Source of the DNA: Nitrospira sp.
Lineage (GTDB): Bacteria; Nitrospirota; Nitrospiria; Nitrospirales; Nitrospiraceae
Direction of reading: 5' to 3'
DNA: 64,000 bases
NCBI GenBank assembly: GCA_047150005.1
Contig: AP038806.1
Location: 2,688,001-2,752,000 of the forward strand
The notes under the pieces were generated by a model that saw nothing but the letters and a program-made list of their open reading frames with translations, ran no database searches and was not told the origin of the DNA. This document shows, one piece after another, positions 18,805 to 28,535 of this stretch. Position numbers and translations under genes: made by a program. Numbering within the stretch: position 1 is the stretch's first letter; each line of letters opens with the position of its first letter.

Positions 18805-20760
18805 CTACTCCAGCTGAATGAGGGTCTCGTCGGTCCGCACGTTTTCCCCTTCCTCGACCAGAATCCCCGTCACCGTCCCGTCGATCGGTGCAGGGACCTG
18901 ACTCTCCATCTTCATGGCCTCGATGATGAGCAGAGGGTCTCCGGTCGCGACGCGATCATCTTTGGCGACCAGGATTTTGACGACACGACCCGGCATCGGC
19001 GGAGCGACATCGCCGGGTTTGGCCGGTTTGGGTCGTTTGGGTTTGGCGCCGCTCGCGGTCTCCGCGGCCTCCGGAGTGCCGGCCAGGACCTCCTGGATCG
19101 CTTCGAGGGACACCTCTTCGAGCTTGTCGTTGACTCGGATGTAATAAGGCTTGCGTCCGTCGACTTTGCGTCCGGATCCGGACACCTTCACGTGATAGGT
19201 TTCGCCATGGACGGTCACATTGAATTCCACCGGAGCCAAGTGGAGCTCGCCCGCGACGGCCGGACCTTTCGGCAGACTTCCCTCTAGCGGCTCAGGCACC
19301 AGGTCGCCCTTCTCGCGGGCCTCAAAGAAGTCGCGGGCGATGGCGGGAAAGAGGACGAACGACAGGTGATCCTCGACCGTGTCGGCGGACGCGGGCAGAT
19401 CCTTCCTGGTCGCTTCCATTTCCGGTTCCAGTCGATCCGCGGGTCTGGTCTTGATCGGTTCTTCGTCGCCGATGGCGCGGGCCATGACGTCGTGGGCCAC
19501 CTGCCCCGGCGCGCGACCGTACAGACCAAGAAAATAGTTCTTTGTCTCGTTCGTGATGACCTTGTAGCGTTCGCCGGTCAGCACGTTCAGGGTCGCTTGG
19601 GTGCCGACGATCTGGCTGGTCGGCGTGACGAGCGGCGGATAGCCCATGTCTTTCCTGACCCGGGGCACCTCGTCGAGCACTTCCTTCATACGGTCGAGTG
19701 CGTTTTGCTCGGAGAGCTGCGCGGCGAGATTGGACAGCATGCCCCCGGGAATCTGGGAGGTAAGAATCTCGGCGTCGACGCCCGTGACGTCACTTTCGAA
19801 CTGTCGATATTTCCGACGCACCGTGCGGAAGTGGTCGGCGATCGGTTGAAGGGCCGTGAGATCGAGTTTGGTGTCGTACGGCGTGCGCCGCAGGGAGGCC
19901 ACGATCGACTCGGTCGGCGGATGGGACGCCCCGCCGGCGAGGGGGGAAATGGCAGTGTCGACCATATCGAGGCCTGCCAGAACGGCCATGAGCGCGGACA
20001 TCGTGCCCATGCCGGAGGTGTAGTGGGAATGCAGATGGATAGGCACACCGACCGCCTGCTTCAGGCTCTTGACGAGCATATAGGCGTCTATCGGAGCCAG
20101 CAGTCCGGCCATGTCCTTGATGCAGATCGTGTCGGACCCGAGGTCCTCCAACCGTTTGCCCATTTCGACGAATCCTTCCAGCCGATGGACGGGACTCACC
20201 GTGTAGGAGATGGCCGCCTCGACGTGTTTCCCGCAGGCTTTGACCTCCTGGATCGCCCGTTCGAGATTGCGGATGTCGTTAAGCGCGTCGAAGATGCGGA
20301 AGACGTCGATGCCGTTGGCGGCGGACCGCTCGATGAACCGGTCCAGCACGTCGTCCGCATAGTGCCGGTATCCGACGATGTTTTGCCCGCGGAGGAGCAT
20401 TTGCAGCTTGGTGTTCGGCATCGCGGCGCGCAACGCCCGCAGCCGTTCCCAGGGATCTTCCTTGAGGAAGCGCAGACATGTATCGAAGGTGGCGCCGCCC
20501 CAGACTTCCAACGACCAGAATCCGACCGCATCCAGCTTTTGGGCGATCGGCAGCATGTCCTCGGTCCGCATGCGCGTGGCGAGGAGGCATTGATGTCCGT
20601 CGCGCAAGGCCACTTCGGTCACACGCACCTGCTTCCCCGCCGCCGGCTGAATCGGCCAATCCTGTTTCAGAAGGGACCGTTTCTTCGGCGTCCTGGCCGT
20701 AGGGGCATGGGGACGTTTCTTGTGCGTCGGCTTCTTTCCGGATGACCGTTTCGTAGCCAT
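18805..20760 (-). CDS. Biotin-dependent carboxylase, carboxyltransferase/biotinyl subunit (pyruvate or 2-oxoglutarate carboxylase large subunit; OadA/PycB family)
   Basis: LRDGHQ, WGGATFD, IKDMAG, HLHSH, QIPGGMLSN, PLVTPTSQIVG, and a C-terminal EAMKM biotinylation motif. Confidence 0.9.
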   Translation of the reverse strand: MATKRSSGKKPTHKKRPHAPTARTPKKRSLLKQDWPIQPAAGKQVRVTEVALRDGHQCLLATRMRTEDMLPIAQKLDAVGFWSLEVWGGATFDTCLRFLKEDPWERLRALRAAMPNTKLQMLLRGQNIVGYRHYADDVLDRFIERSAANGIDVFRIFDALNDIRNLERAIQEVKACGKHVEAAISYTVSPVHRLEGFVEMGKRLEDLGSDTICIKDMAGLLAPIDAYMLVKSLKQAVGVPIHLHSHYTSGMGTMSALMAVLAGLDMVDTAISPLAGGASHPPTESIVASLRRTPYDTKLDLTALQPIADHFRTVRRKYRQFESDVTGVDAEILTSQIPGGMLSNLAAQLSEQNALDRMKEVLDEVPRVRKDMGYPPLVTPTSQIVGTQATLNVLTGERYKVITNETKNYFLGLYGRAPGQVAHDVMARAIGDEEPIKTRPADRLEPEMEATRKDLPASADTVEDHLSFVLFPAIARDFFEAREKGDLVPEPLEGSLPKGPAVAGELHLAPVEFNVTVHGETYHVKVSGSGRKVDGRKPYYIRVNDKLEEVSLEAIQEVLAGTPEAAETASGAKPKRPKPAKPGDVAPPMPGRVVKILVAKDDRVATGDPLLIIEAMKMESQVPAPIDGTVTGILVEEGENVRTDETLIQLE

Positions 20761-20803
20761 GGCCTCTCGCTTAGATCATGAACAATCGGAAGGCGCTGAC
20801 GGG

Positions 20804-22228
20804 TTACAGCCCTTCATAGGCCGCAATGGCGGCGGCGAGCGCGAGGACGAGATCCTCCGGCTGCTCGATTTCGTCGTAGGTGTACAAGTCCGGATGCGTG
20901 TCGAGATAGGAGGTGTCGAACCGGCCGGCGAGAAAATCCTGATCCTGCATGATCGCCTTCATGAAGGGGATGGTCGTCTTGACCCCCCGCAACACGTATT
21001 CCTCGAGGGACCGGCGCATCCGGCTCACAGTCTCTTCCCAGGTGCGGCCTCGCACGGTGAGTTTGGCGAGCAGGGCGTCGTAATACGGCGGAACGGTGTA
21101 GTCCTTATAGACGGCGCCGTCGATCCGGACGCCGATCCCTCCCGGCGAGAGATAGGCCGTCACGGTTCCGGTACAGGGCATGAAATTGTTCTTCGGATCC
21201 TCTGCGTTGATCCGGCATTGGATGGCGTGCCCCTGGAGGATGACGTCCTTCTGTTGAATGTCGAGCGGCTTGCCGGCGGCGATGGCAATCTGGTTGCGGA
21301 CGATGTCGATCGCGGTGATCTGCTCCGTCACCGTGTGCTCGACCTGAAGGCGGGGATTCATCTCGATGAAGTAGAAGCGGCCATCCTGGTCGAGGAGAAA
21401 CTCCACCGTCCCTGCGTTGTCGTAGTTGACCGCGCGCGCGATCGCCGTGGCGGCTTTCCCCATCTCGGTCCGGAGTTTGGGCGTCAGGACGAGGGAGGGC
21501 GCGATCTCGATCAACTTCTGATGCCGGCGCTGAATCGAGCAATCCCGCTCGCCCAGGTGAATGATGTTGCCGTGGCGGTCGGCCAGGATCTGGAACTCGA
21601 TGTGATGGGGCCGCTCGATGTATTTTTCGATGAACAGGCTGCCGTCGCCGAATGAGGCCAGGGCTTCCCGTGCCGCCACTTCCATGTTTTCACGCAGTTC
21701 GGCGTCCGAGCGCACGACGCGGAGGCCCCGGCCGCCGCCGCCGGCACTGGCCTTGATGATGACCGGATATCCGGCTTGTTTGGCGAAGGCGAGGCCCTCC
21801 CTGGCGTCCGTGACCCCGCCGTCGGTTCCAGGGACGATGGGTACGCCGATCTTGCGGGCCAGCTCACGAGCTTTGACCTTGCTGCCCATGGTCGTAATGG
21901 CCAGGGGAGACGGACCGATGAACGTAATGCCTGAGGCGTCGCACAGCTCGGCGAACTGCGCGTTTTCGGAGAGAAATCCGTAGCCAGGGTGGATGGCGTC
22001 GGCGCCGATGCGTTTGGCCAACTCGACGATCTGATGGCTGTCGAGAAAGCCTTTGACCGGACCAGGTCCCACGAGGTAAGCCTCGTCGGCCTTCTTGACG
22101 TAGATTCCGGTGGAATCGGCTTCGGAATAGATGGCGGCGGTGGCGATATTCAGCTCGCGGCATCCGCGGATGATGCGCATGGCGATTTCACCGCGATTGG
22201 CGACCAGAATCTTTCGAAACATCTTCAT
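20804..22228 (-). CDS. Biotin carboxylase subunit
   Basis: ANRGEIA, HPGYGFLSEN, GGGGRG, RDCSIQRRHQK, EMNPRLQVEH. Confidence 0.92.
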   Translation of the reverse strand: MKMFRKILVANRGEIAMRIIRGCRELNIATAAIYSEADSTGIYVKKADEAYLVGPGPVKGFLDSHQIVELAKRIGADAIHPGYGFLSENAQFAELCDASGITFIGPSPLAITTMGSKVKARELARKIGVPIVPGTDGGVTDAREGLAFAKQAGYPVIIKASAGGGGRGLRVVRSDAELRENMEVAAREALASFGDGSLFIEKYIERPHHIEFQILADRHGNIIHLGERDCSIQRRHQKLIEIAPSLVLTPKLRTEMGKAATAIARAVNYDNAGTVEFLLDQDGRFYFIEMNPRLQVEHTVTEQITAIDIVRNQIAIAAGKPLDIQQKDVILQGHAIQCRINAEDPKNNFMPCTGTVTAYLSPGGIGVRIDGAVYKDYTVPPYYDALLAKLTVRGRTWEETVSRMRRSLEEYVLRGVKTTIPFMKAIMQDQDFLAGRFDTSYLDTHPDLYTYDEIEQPEDLVLALAAAIAAYEGL

Positions 22229-22338
22229 CCAGCTTCCCGGAATTCCGTGTCCGCAGAATTCCTTGGTCGGCCCAAAAGGAGCGGATACGCTAGCATAGGT
22301 GGAAGAGGTCTGTCGAGGGAGTCGAGGGAAGGCGGGGA

Positions 22339-22372
22339 TAAAAGAGCCCGGAAAATCGTGGTGATTTTCCGG
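22339..22372 (-). terminator. Probable intrinsic terminator of the IPT/TIG gene
   Basis: 10-bp stem CCGGAAAATC/GATTTTCCGG, followed on the minus strand by GCTCTTTT. Confidence 0.55.
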
Positions 22373-22381
22373 ACCCGCGAC

Positions 22382-22849
22382 CTACTTCGACTTGATGAGG
22401 AGGGGTTTCGACTGGGCGCTGCCGCCGCCGGCGACGATAATCAGGAACGACATCCCGGCCTTGGCTTCCGGAACGGTCGCTTCAATCGTCGAGTCGTTGA
22501 CGAACTTGTAGTCGACCGGCGCCTTGGGCGATGCGCTGAAGGTGACGGTATGGAAGCACTCCTTCGTGCCGAAATTTTCTCCGGAGATCACCACCTTGTC
22601 GCCGGGCTTGGCCTCGTCCGGTTCGACTTTGGCAATGCGCGGCCGTTTGCTGCGGTCGCAGACCGGATCCTTATCGAGCTTTTCCGTGTCGGATCCTTTG
22701 ATCGACTCCATGTCGAAAAGCGTAAAGCCCGCTCCTTCCACAATCGCGCCTTTCCCGCTCTCGTCCGCCCGAGGCGTCGAGACGGGGACCAGCAGCATGA
22801 ATCCGGTCAGCGTCATCATCATGAGGCCCGATGATCGCCACGTCTGCAT
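22382..22849 (-). CDS. Exported IPT/TIG-domain protein
   Basis: Signal peptide; PRIAKVEPDEAKPGDKVVISGENFG...NDSTIEATVP. Confidence 0.78.
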   Translation of the reverse strand: MQTWRSSGLMMMTLTGFMLLVPVSTPRADESGKGAIVEGAGFTLFDMESIKGSDTEKLDKDPVCDRSKRPRIAKVEPDEAKPGDKVVISGENFGTKECFHTVTFSASPKAPVDYKFVNDSTIEATVPEAKAGMSFLIIVAGGGSAQSKPLLIKSK

Positions 22850-22877
22850 AAGACCCTCCTTGCTATAAAAAACGAGA

Positions 22878-23762
22878 TTAGTTCCGTATCACAGGAACGT
22901 ACGCTTCCGTAACGATCTGTTGTCCGGGGGGCGAGAGGGCAAATTGGATGAAGGCCTCGACCAGCGGGTTCGGCTCCTTCCGCGAGAGCAATAAGACCGG
23001 CCTGCGCAAGGGGTAGCGGCCATCCTTGACGGTGGGTATCTCAGGCTCCACATTGTCGATCGGGAGGAGGCGAACCGCCACGCCCCCGGACACCACCGAC
23101 AGCCCTTGGCTCAGGGAGATATAAGCCACGGCCGACAAGGGAGGTAAGGTGCCGACGACCGTCTTGACGACCTTGTCGTCCCTGGCGATGACCTTGGCGG
23201 TATCCGGGATCTTTCCTGTAATGCCGAGCTGCGATTCAAAGGCGTCGCGGACATTTTGATTCCGTGGCCGGTTGATCAACAGGATTTTGGTTTCTGGACC
23301 GCCGAGTTCCGACCATTCTTTGACTTTCCCGGAAAAGATGTCGGCGACCTGCTGCTTGGTGATCTCTTTCGTGAAGTTCGACAAGTGCACCAGAATTCCG
23401 ATGCCGTCCCATGCGATCTGCGTCGCGGCAAGTGCGCCGTCTTCGGCGCCCGTGACGGCCAGGTGCGCTTCTCCCGTTCGCACCATTTCGACGGCTTTCG
23501 AGTGATCGTCCCAGACGATGTCCACATACGCGCGCGGGTTCGCCTTTTCGAACGCACGCACCAGGAGTTCGATGATGGACTGCTCTGGGCCGTTGCCTGC
23601 GATGATCAGGTTGCCGGAGACTTCGGCCGGCGAAAGGCGGATGCCGGTGAAGGTCAGGAGCAAACCGAGCCCCAGACCGACAAGGAGGCCCCGGGAAGCG
23701 ACCGCCGCCGGTCGAGGGCTGAACATCGGGTCGAGGAGCCTGCGCGTCGCTGATCCGGGCAT
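22878..23762 (-). CDS. PstS-like periplasmic substrate-binding protein
   Basis: IAWDGIGILVH, IFSGKVKEWSELGG, YPLRRPVLL, FALSPPGQQIV. Confidence 0.82.
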   Translation of the reverse strand: MPGSATRRLLDPMFSPRPAAVASRGLLVGLGLGLLLTFTGIRLSPAEVSGNLIIAGNGPEQSIIELLVRAFEKANPRAYVDIVWDDHSKAVEMVRTGEAHLAVTGAEDGALAATQIAWDGIGILVHLSNFTKEITKQQVADIFSGKVKEWSELGGPETKILLINRPRNQNVRDAFESQLGITGKIPDTAKVIARDDKVVKTVVGTLPPLSAVAYISLSQGLSVVSGGVAVRLLPIDNVEPEIPTVKDGRYPLRRPVLLLSRKEPNPLVEAFIQFALSPPGQQIVTEAYVPVIRN

Positions 23763-23764
23763 GC

Positions 23765-24088
23765 TCAGCTTTCTTGAGAAGGCTTGGGGGTTGACGGGGG
23801 GGGCTCGAGGCTGGAAAACAGGTCGGGAGGCGGCATCGTTCTGGTACCCATCACCGGGGGGAGCTTCGAGAACTTGTCCATGCGCTCGTTCAGCATGTTA
23901 TACGCTTTCATCTCGGCAAACCCCGGCTTGTGCGACCCGACGACCTTGGAGGCAAACGACGACAGCAATTTTGTCGCATCCTGGGCCTGACAGAAGGGAC
24001 ACACGGTGTCCTCCGCCCGTGCGTGGACCGACTGAGTCGCTTCAAAGACTTTTTCGCACTGGCCGCAACGGTATTCATAGATGGGCAT
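23765..24088 (-). CDS. FmdB-family zinc-ribbon protein
   Basis: MPIYEYRCGQC...CPFC...KLLSSFA. Confidence 0.85.
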   Translation of the reverse strand: MPIYEYRCGQCEKVFEATQSVHARAEDTVCPFCQAQDATKLLSSFASKVVGSHKPGFAEMKAYNMLNERMDKFSKLPPVMGTRTMPPPDLFSSLEPPPSTPKPSQES

Positions 24089-24219
24089 GTGTTCGCTCCT
24101 GCTGGAGAATCCGCGTCGGTATCGACTCTTGACCGGCTGTCGAACGATGCCGTATTGTACCACACCTGCCTGGTTCGGAGACTAGGGGTATGCGGAGCGA
24201 GTTTTGAGGAGGGTGTGCG

Positions 24220-24396
24220 ATGGCGGTGCTGATTCGGCGGTACAAGGGCCATAACGGGATGATGCAGGAAGAGCGGATCGACGACGACGATCGGATCGAG
24301 CGCTATTTTCGCCTGTTCGAGAAAGACGACGTCAAGAAACTCGAAACCGGGGTGAAGGTATTCATTGAAAAGGATGAGTGGCAGCTCCTTCCGTAA
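24220..24396 (+). CDS. Small hypothetical protein (58 aa; not in the ORF track)
   Basis: GAGGAG RBS, then MAVLIRRYKGHNGMMQEERIDDDDRIERYFRLFEKDDVKKLETGVKVFIEKDEWQLLP*; fills the intergenic gap. Confidence 0.7.
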   Translation: MAVLIRRYKGHNGMMQEERIDDDDRIERYFRLFEKDDVKKLETGVKVFIEKDEWQLLP

Positions 24397-24424
24397 GGCA
24401 CGGCCCACCCTCTTCTGACCCCTC

Positions 24425-24628
24425 GTGATCTATTGGATTCACATCGCGCGCTCAATCGATCGTGTGACGTTGCACAATGAGCGCTGTTCCGAGGTGCCGT
24501 CGACGCAATCGTCCACCGACTATTGGGCCGGTGGATGGTTCGACTACCCGGACAAGGAGCGCGCGCTGGCGGCGATGGAGCAGGCGGGCACCACCGACCA
24601 GCGGCGGTGCCCGCTCTGCAAACCGTAA
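24425..24628 (+). CDS. Small hypothetical protein with H-x3-C and C-terminal CxxC (possible Zn binding)
   Basis: 67-aa ORF with LHNERC...RRCPLCKP. Confidence 0.6.
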   Translation: MIYWIHIARSIDRVTLHNERCSEVPSTQSSTDYWAGGWFDYPDKERALAAMEQAGTTDQRRCPLCKP

Positions 24629-24685
24629 CTAAGCAGGGTAAGTGCTGTGTGCTGAACACTCAAGTCTCAGCACTTCTTCAAATCC

Positions 24686-25555
24686 ATGCCACGACTCGCG
24701 CTCCTGCTGACGACCCTGATATGGGGCGCGACATTCCCGGCGACGAAAGCGGCGCTGGAGCAGATTCCCCCGTTGTCGTTTCTCTTCCTTCGATTTCTCC
24801 TGGGCACGCTGCTGGTCGCGGTGTGGTTTGCGGCCGTGGGCCATGGGCTGCGACGTGAACGGGGCATCATGCGCGCCGCCGCCATCGCCACCCTGTTTCT
24901 GTTCCTCGGCTACGTCTTCCAGACCGTCGGGTTGCAGTATACCAGCGCGTCCAACAGCGCGTTCCTGACGGCCTTGTATGTGATCATGGTGCCGTTGATT
25001 CTCCGGCGATTCGATCGACGGGTGATCCTGGCCGCTTCCGTCGCCACCGTCGGATTGTGGCTTCTGGTCAAACCGAGCACGACGATGAGCCCGGGGGATC
25101 TCATGACCCTGGCCTGCGCAGCGGCCTTCGCGGCCCATATTGTGTGCCTCGAACGATTCACCCGCCGGTTCGATGCACCGTCGCTCCTGTTCTGGCAGAT
25201 GACGGCGATGACGCTGCTCCTCTTGCCCACGATGTGGTGGGAGCGGGCTTCTCCCCAGGCCTTCGCACCGACCTCCGTGTTGCTGATTGGACTGGGAGTG
25301 ACCGGTGTATTGGCGACCGGTGCCTTTGCCGTGCAGATGTGGGCGCAACAGTTGATTCCCGCGCAACAGGTGGCGCTGGTGTTTGCTTCGGAGCCGGCCT
25401 ATGCCGCCTGGCTCGCCTGGTATTTTTTGGGAGAGACGCTGGATGCTCGAGGATGGCTCGGCAGCGGTCTGATCCTGCTGGCGGTCGTGGTGGGGGCGCT
25501 GGCGTCGGGGGCGACCGCCGACGCGGAGCGCGGTCGGGCCGGCGCGGCTGCGTAA
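24686..25555 (+). CDS. EamA/DMT family transporter
   Basis: IWGATFPATK, FQTVGLQYTSASNSAFLT, ASEP; about 10 TM segments. Confidence 0.9.
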   Translation: MPRLALLLTTLIWGATFPATKAALEQIPPLSFLFLRFLLGTLLVAVWFAAVGHGLRRERGIMRAAAIATLFLFLGYVFQTVGLQYTSASNSAFLTALYVIMVPLILRRFDRRVILAASVATVGLWLLVKPSTTMSPGDLMTLACAAAFAAHIVCLERFTRRFDAPSLLFWQMTAMTLLLLPTMWWERASPQAFAPTSVLLIGLGVTGVLATGAFAVQMWAQQLIPAQQVALVFASEPAYAAWLAWYFLGETLDARGWLGSGLILLAVVVGALASGATADAERGRAGAAA

Positions 25556-25564
25556 GGAGGGACG

Positions 25565-26035
25565 ATGGCGCAGAAGTTTGGCAACGGGCGCTGGGTACGG
25601 GAAGGGTTTCTCGACAACCGGATCGAAGGGACCGTCGTCGGACGGATCGTGCTGGCCGCTGTGGGACCCGTGGACGTGTTTCTGAGAGGAAATTTCAAGG
25701 CCGATATCGCCGGGGAAATGATCGAGTTCCGCAATCGGCGCTTCGAGGAGGACGACACGGCTGCGCAGGTCATCGGCGACATGGAGAATCCGCAGATCGG
25801 TACGGTCAACCTGATTTCATTCGATCCGCATCCCAACCTCGCCCCGCATCCGTACGTCGAATGGTTTTCGGGCCGGTCGAATCACTACCGCTTCGAACTG
25901 GATCCGGATGACGCATGGGTGGTGGCGGAGGAGAGACGCGCTGCGATCGACGGGCAGAGCCGGGAGATCCGGGAAGCGTTGGCCGATCGTGTCGTCGACC
26001 GGCCGCGCTCCCACGAAGAGTCCGAATGGATCTAG
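25565..26035 (+). CDS. Hypothetical protein
   Basis: AGGAGG RBS; 156-aa ORF with protein-like composition. Confidence 0.75.
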   Translation: MAQKFGNGRWVREGFLDNRIEGTVVGRIVLAAVGPVDVFLRGNFKADIAGEMIEFRNRRFEEDDTAAQVIGDMENPQIGTVNLISFDPHPNLAPHPYVEWFSGRSNHYRFELDPDDAWVVAEERRAAIDGQSREIREALADRVVDRPRSHEESEWI

Positions 26036-26051
26036 CGAAGAGGAAGTCTGG

Positions 26052-27026
26052 TCAAACGGCGAGCGCTTCCTGCTTGCTCTTTTGCTCGCGCACGTAGATC
26101 GGGACTTCCTTGATGTCCCAGACCAACCCGAGCCATTCCATCACCTTCAAGCCGTAATAGGTGATGTCGATTTCCCACCAGTAGAATCCCTGCCTCGTCG
26201 AAGCGGGATAGTAGTGATGGTTGTTGTGCCATCCTTCGCCGAGCGTGATCAGCGCCAGAATGAAGTTGTTGCGGCTGTCGTCACCGGTTTCGTAGCGCTG
26301 CGAGCCGTAGACGTGGGACAGAGAGTTGATCGTACAGGTTCCGTGGACTAACGCCACCGTCGAAACGAAGAACCCCCAGATCAACATCTGGGGCCCGTTC
26401 GTTCCCAGTTCCGGCGCGTAGATTTCGAGCAACTTGCCCAGGCCGAACATCCCGAATCCCGCGATGGTCGGCACGAGAATGTCGAATCGATCGAGGAAGC
26501 GCAGCTCGGGAAACTTTGCAAAGTCGGCGATCGCCTTCAGGCGCGGAGGAAAATGCGTCTGTGAAGTGAACCATCCCATGTGCGACCACAGAAAGCCTCC
26601 GTGACGCGGAGAATGGACGTCGTCTTTCGTGTCGGAGGCGATGTGATGATGGCGATGGTGCCCTGCCCACCAGAGCGGTCCGCGCTGGGCACAGGATCCG
26701 CCCAAGACCGCGAAGGCAAACTGGCAAGCCCGGGTCGTCTTGAACGAGCGGTGGGAAAAGTACCGGTGATACCAGCCCGTGATCGCGAACATCCGGACGA
26801 AATAAAAGGCGGCAGCGACCGCCACGGCGATCCAGCTGACTCCCACCCAGATCACACCCAGACACATCAGATGGACGGCAATGAGAGGGATGCAACGGAA
26901 CCAGTCCATCTTCGGGGTCCCGTCCGTCTTTATATACTCAAGCCCGGCCCACGAATCGAACCAGCGAAGAAACGTCAACCAGAGGTGCTGGGCCTTGGTC
27001 GGGCGCAAGATGCGAACGTCGGACAT
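26052..27026 (-). CDS. Acyl-CoA (delta-9-type) fatty acid desaturase
   Basis: His boxes HRYFSH, HRHHH and HNNHH; GGAGG RBS before ATG 27026. Confidence 0.92.
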   Translation of the reverse strand: MSDVRILRPTKAQHLWLTFLRWFDSWAGLEYIKTDGTPKMDWFRCIPLIAVHLMCLGVIWVGVSWIAVAVAAAFYFVRMFAITGWYHRYFSHRSFKTTRACQFAFAVLGGSCAQRGPLWWAGHHRHHHIASDTKDDVHSPRHGGFLWSHMGWFTSQTHFPPRLKAIADFAKFPELRFLDRFDILVPTIAGFGMFGLGKLLEIYAPELGTNGPQMLIWGFFVSTVALVHGTCTINSLSHVYGSQRYETGDDSRNNFILALITLGEGWHNNHHYYPASTRQGFYWWEIDITYYGLKVMEWLGLVWDIKEVPIYVREQKSKQEALAV

Positions 27027-27376
27027 TCGAGTACCTCCAGCTAAGTCCGACAGAGAATCTGCCGGACACACACAACATCCCGTATGGCTCAATTGAACCG
27101 CGGCAGCTGTTGGCGAATCACAAGGCAGGCCGCAGAAACCGGGTCACGAGGAAGCTCCACATACCGCTTTCTCGAACCCTCTCAATGACGGGAACACATT
27201 ATACATGTAATGCAGTGCAAATGGTACCTGGCAATTCGTGCCTCACCCACACCTGTAAGTCATTCTACTTGAATGGGATTTCCTGTCCACTAATCCGCCG
27301 AACCGTCGCCGCTTGCCGTGGGCCGTGTGCCGAGATGGAGTGCGGCGGTCTTGTGTCCGGTCCGGCGCGATGCCAT

Positions 27377-27406
27377 TTGACACGTTCCGCAGGCCCCTCC
27401 TAGAAT
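27377..27406 (+). promoter_or_regulatory. Sigma-70-type promoter of the hem operon
   Basis: TTGACA-N18-TAGAAT, 13 nt before the hemE ATG. Confidence 0.6.
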
Positions 27407-27419
27407 GCCGCACACGACT

Positions 27420-28445
27420 ATGAACGATCGATTTCTCAAAGCCTGCCGGCGCGAGCCGGTCGATTGCACCCCCGTCTGGTTCATGCGGCAAGCGGGGCGC
27501 TACATGGCCGAATATCGGTCGCTTCGGGCGAAGCATTCCATGCTCGAGCTCTGTAAGATCCCCGAGCTGGCGGCGCAGGTGACGCTGCAACCGATCGAGC
27601 GCTTTCCTCTCGATGCCGCGATCATTTTCGCCGATATCCTGCTGCCGCTCGAAGCGATGGGGCTGCACCTGGAATTTGCCGAAGGGGAAGGCCCGATCAT
27701 CCATAACCCGGTGCGGGAACGGGCGGATGTCGAGCGCCTGCGGGTCATCGAGGGCGAGGAGCTGGAATACGTGGCCGAAGCCATCCGGCAGGCGCGGCAA
27801 GCCTTGCGCGGCAGGGTGCCGCTGATCGGATTTGCGGGAGCTCCGTTCACCTTGGCGAGCTATGCGATCGAGGGAGGGGGATCGCGCAACTATGTCCTGA
27901 CGAAGTCGATCATGTATCGGGAACCGGATGTCTGGCACAAGCTGATGGACAAGCTGGCCCGTGTGGTGACGGGCTACCTTCGCCGTCAGATCAAGGCGGG
28001 TGCTCAGGCCGTCCAGCTGTTCGACAGCTGGGTGGGCTGTCTCTCGGCCGGTGATTATACGGAGTACGTGCTCCCCCATGTGCAGCTGATTTTCGAGGGG
28101 CTGAAACGCGAAGGCGTTCCCATGATCCATTTCGGAACTGGAACGACCGCTATTTTGAAGCACATGCGGGAGGCGGGCGGCGATGTCATCGGCGTGGATT
28201 GGCGCATACCGCTGGACGAGGCCTGGTCTCTGATCGGCCATGACCGGGCCGTGCAGGGGAACCTGGACCCTGTCGCCTTGTACGGTCCCCTCAGCGAGAT
28301 CGAGCGGCGGGTGGAGGATATCCTGCGCCGTGCGGGAGGCCGCAACGGCCATATTTTCAATTTGGGCCACGGTATCCTGCCGACGACGCCGGTCGAACAC
28401 GTCGAAGCCGCCGTCAACATGGTCCACAAACTGAGTATGAGATAG
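27420..28445 (+). CDS. hemE: Uroporphyrinogen decarboxylase
   Basis: PVWFMRQAGRY, IGFAGAPFTLASY, QLFDSW, FNLGHG. Confidence 0.95.
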   Translation: MNDRFLKACRREPVDCTPVWFMRQAGRYMAEYRSLRAKHSMLELCKIPELAAQVTLQPIERFPLDAAIIFADILLPLEAMGLHLEFAEGEGPIIHNPVRERADVERLRVIEGEELEYVAEAIRQARQALRGRVPLIGFAGAPFTLASYAIEGGGSRNYVLTKSIMYREPDVWHKLMDKLARVVTGYLRRQIKAGAQAVQLFDSWVGCLSAGDYTEYVLPHVQLIFEGLKREGVPMIHFGTGTTAILKHMREAGGDVIGVDWRIPLDEAWSLIGHDRAVQGNLDPVALYGPLSEIERRVEDILRRAGGRNGHIFNLGHGILPTTPVEHVEAAVNMVHKLSMR

Positions 28446-28535
28446 GGCCCGCGGCATTCCGAGATAGACGGATGACCGGCGAGGTACAGCGGCCGGGTGG
28501 TCCGCTCCGCCAGAGAACGAGACGAAGAGGGGATC

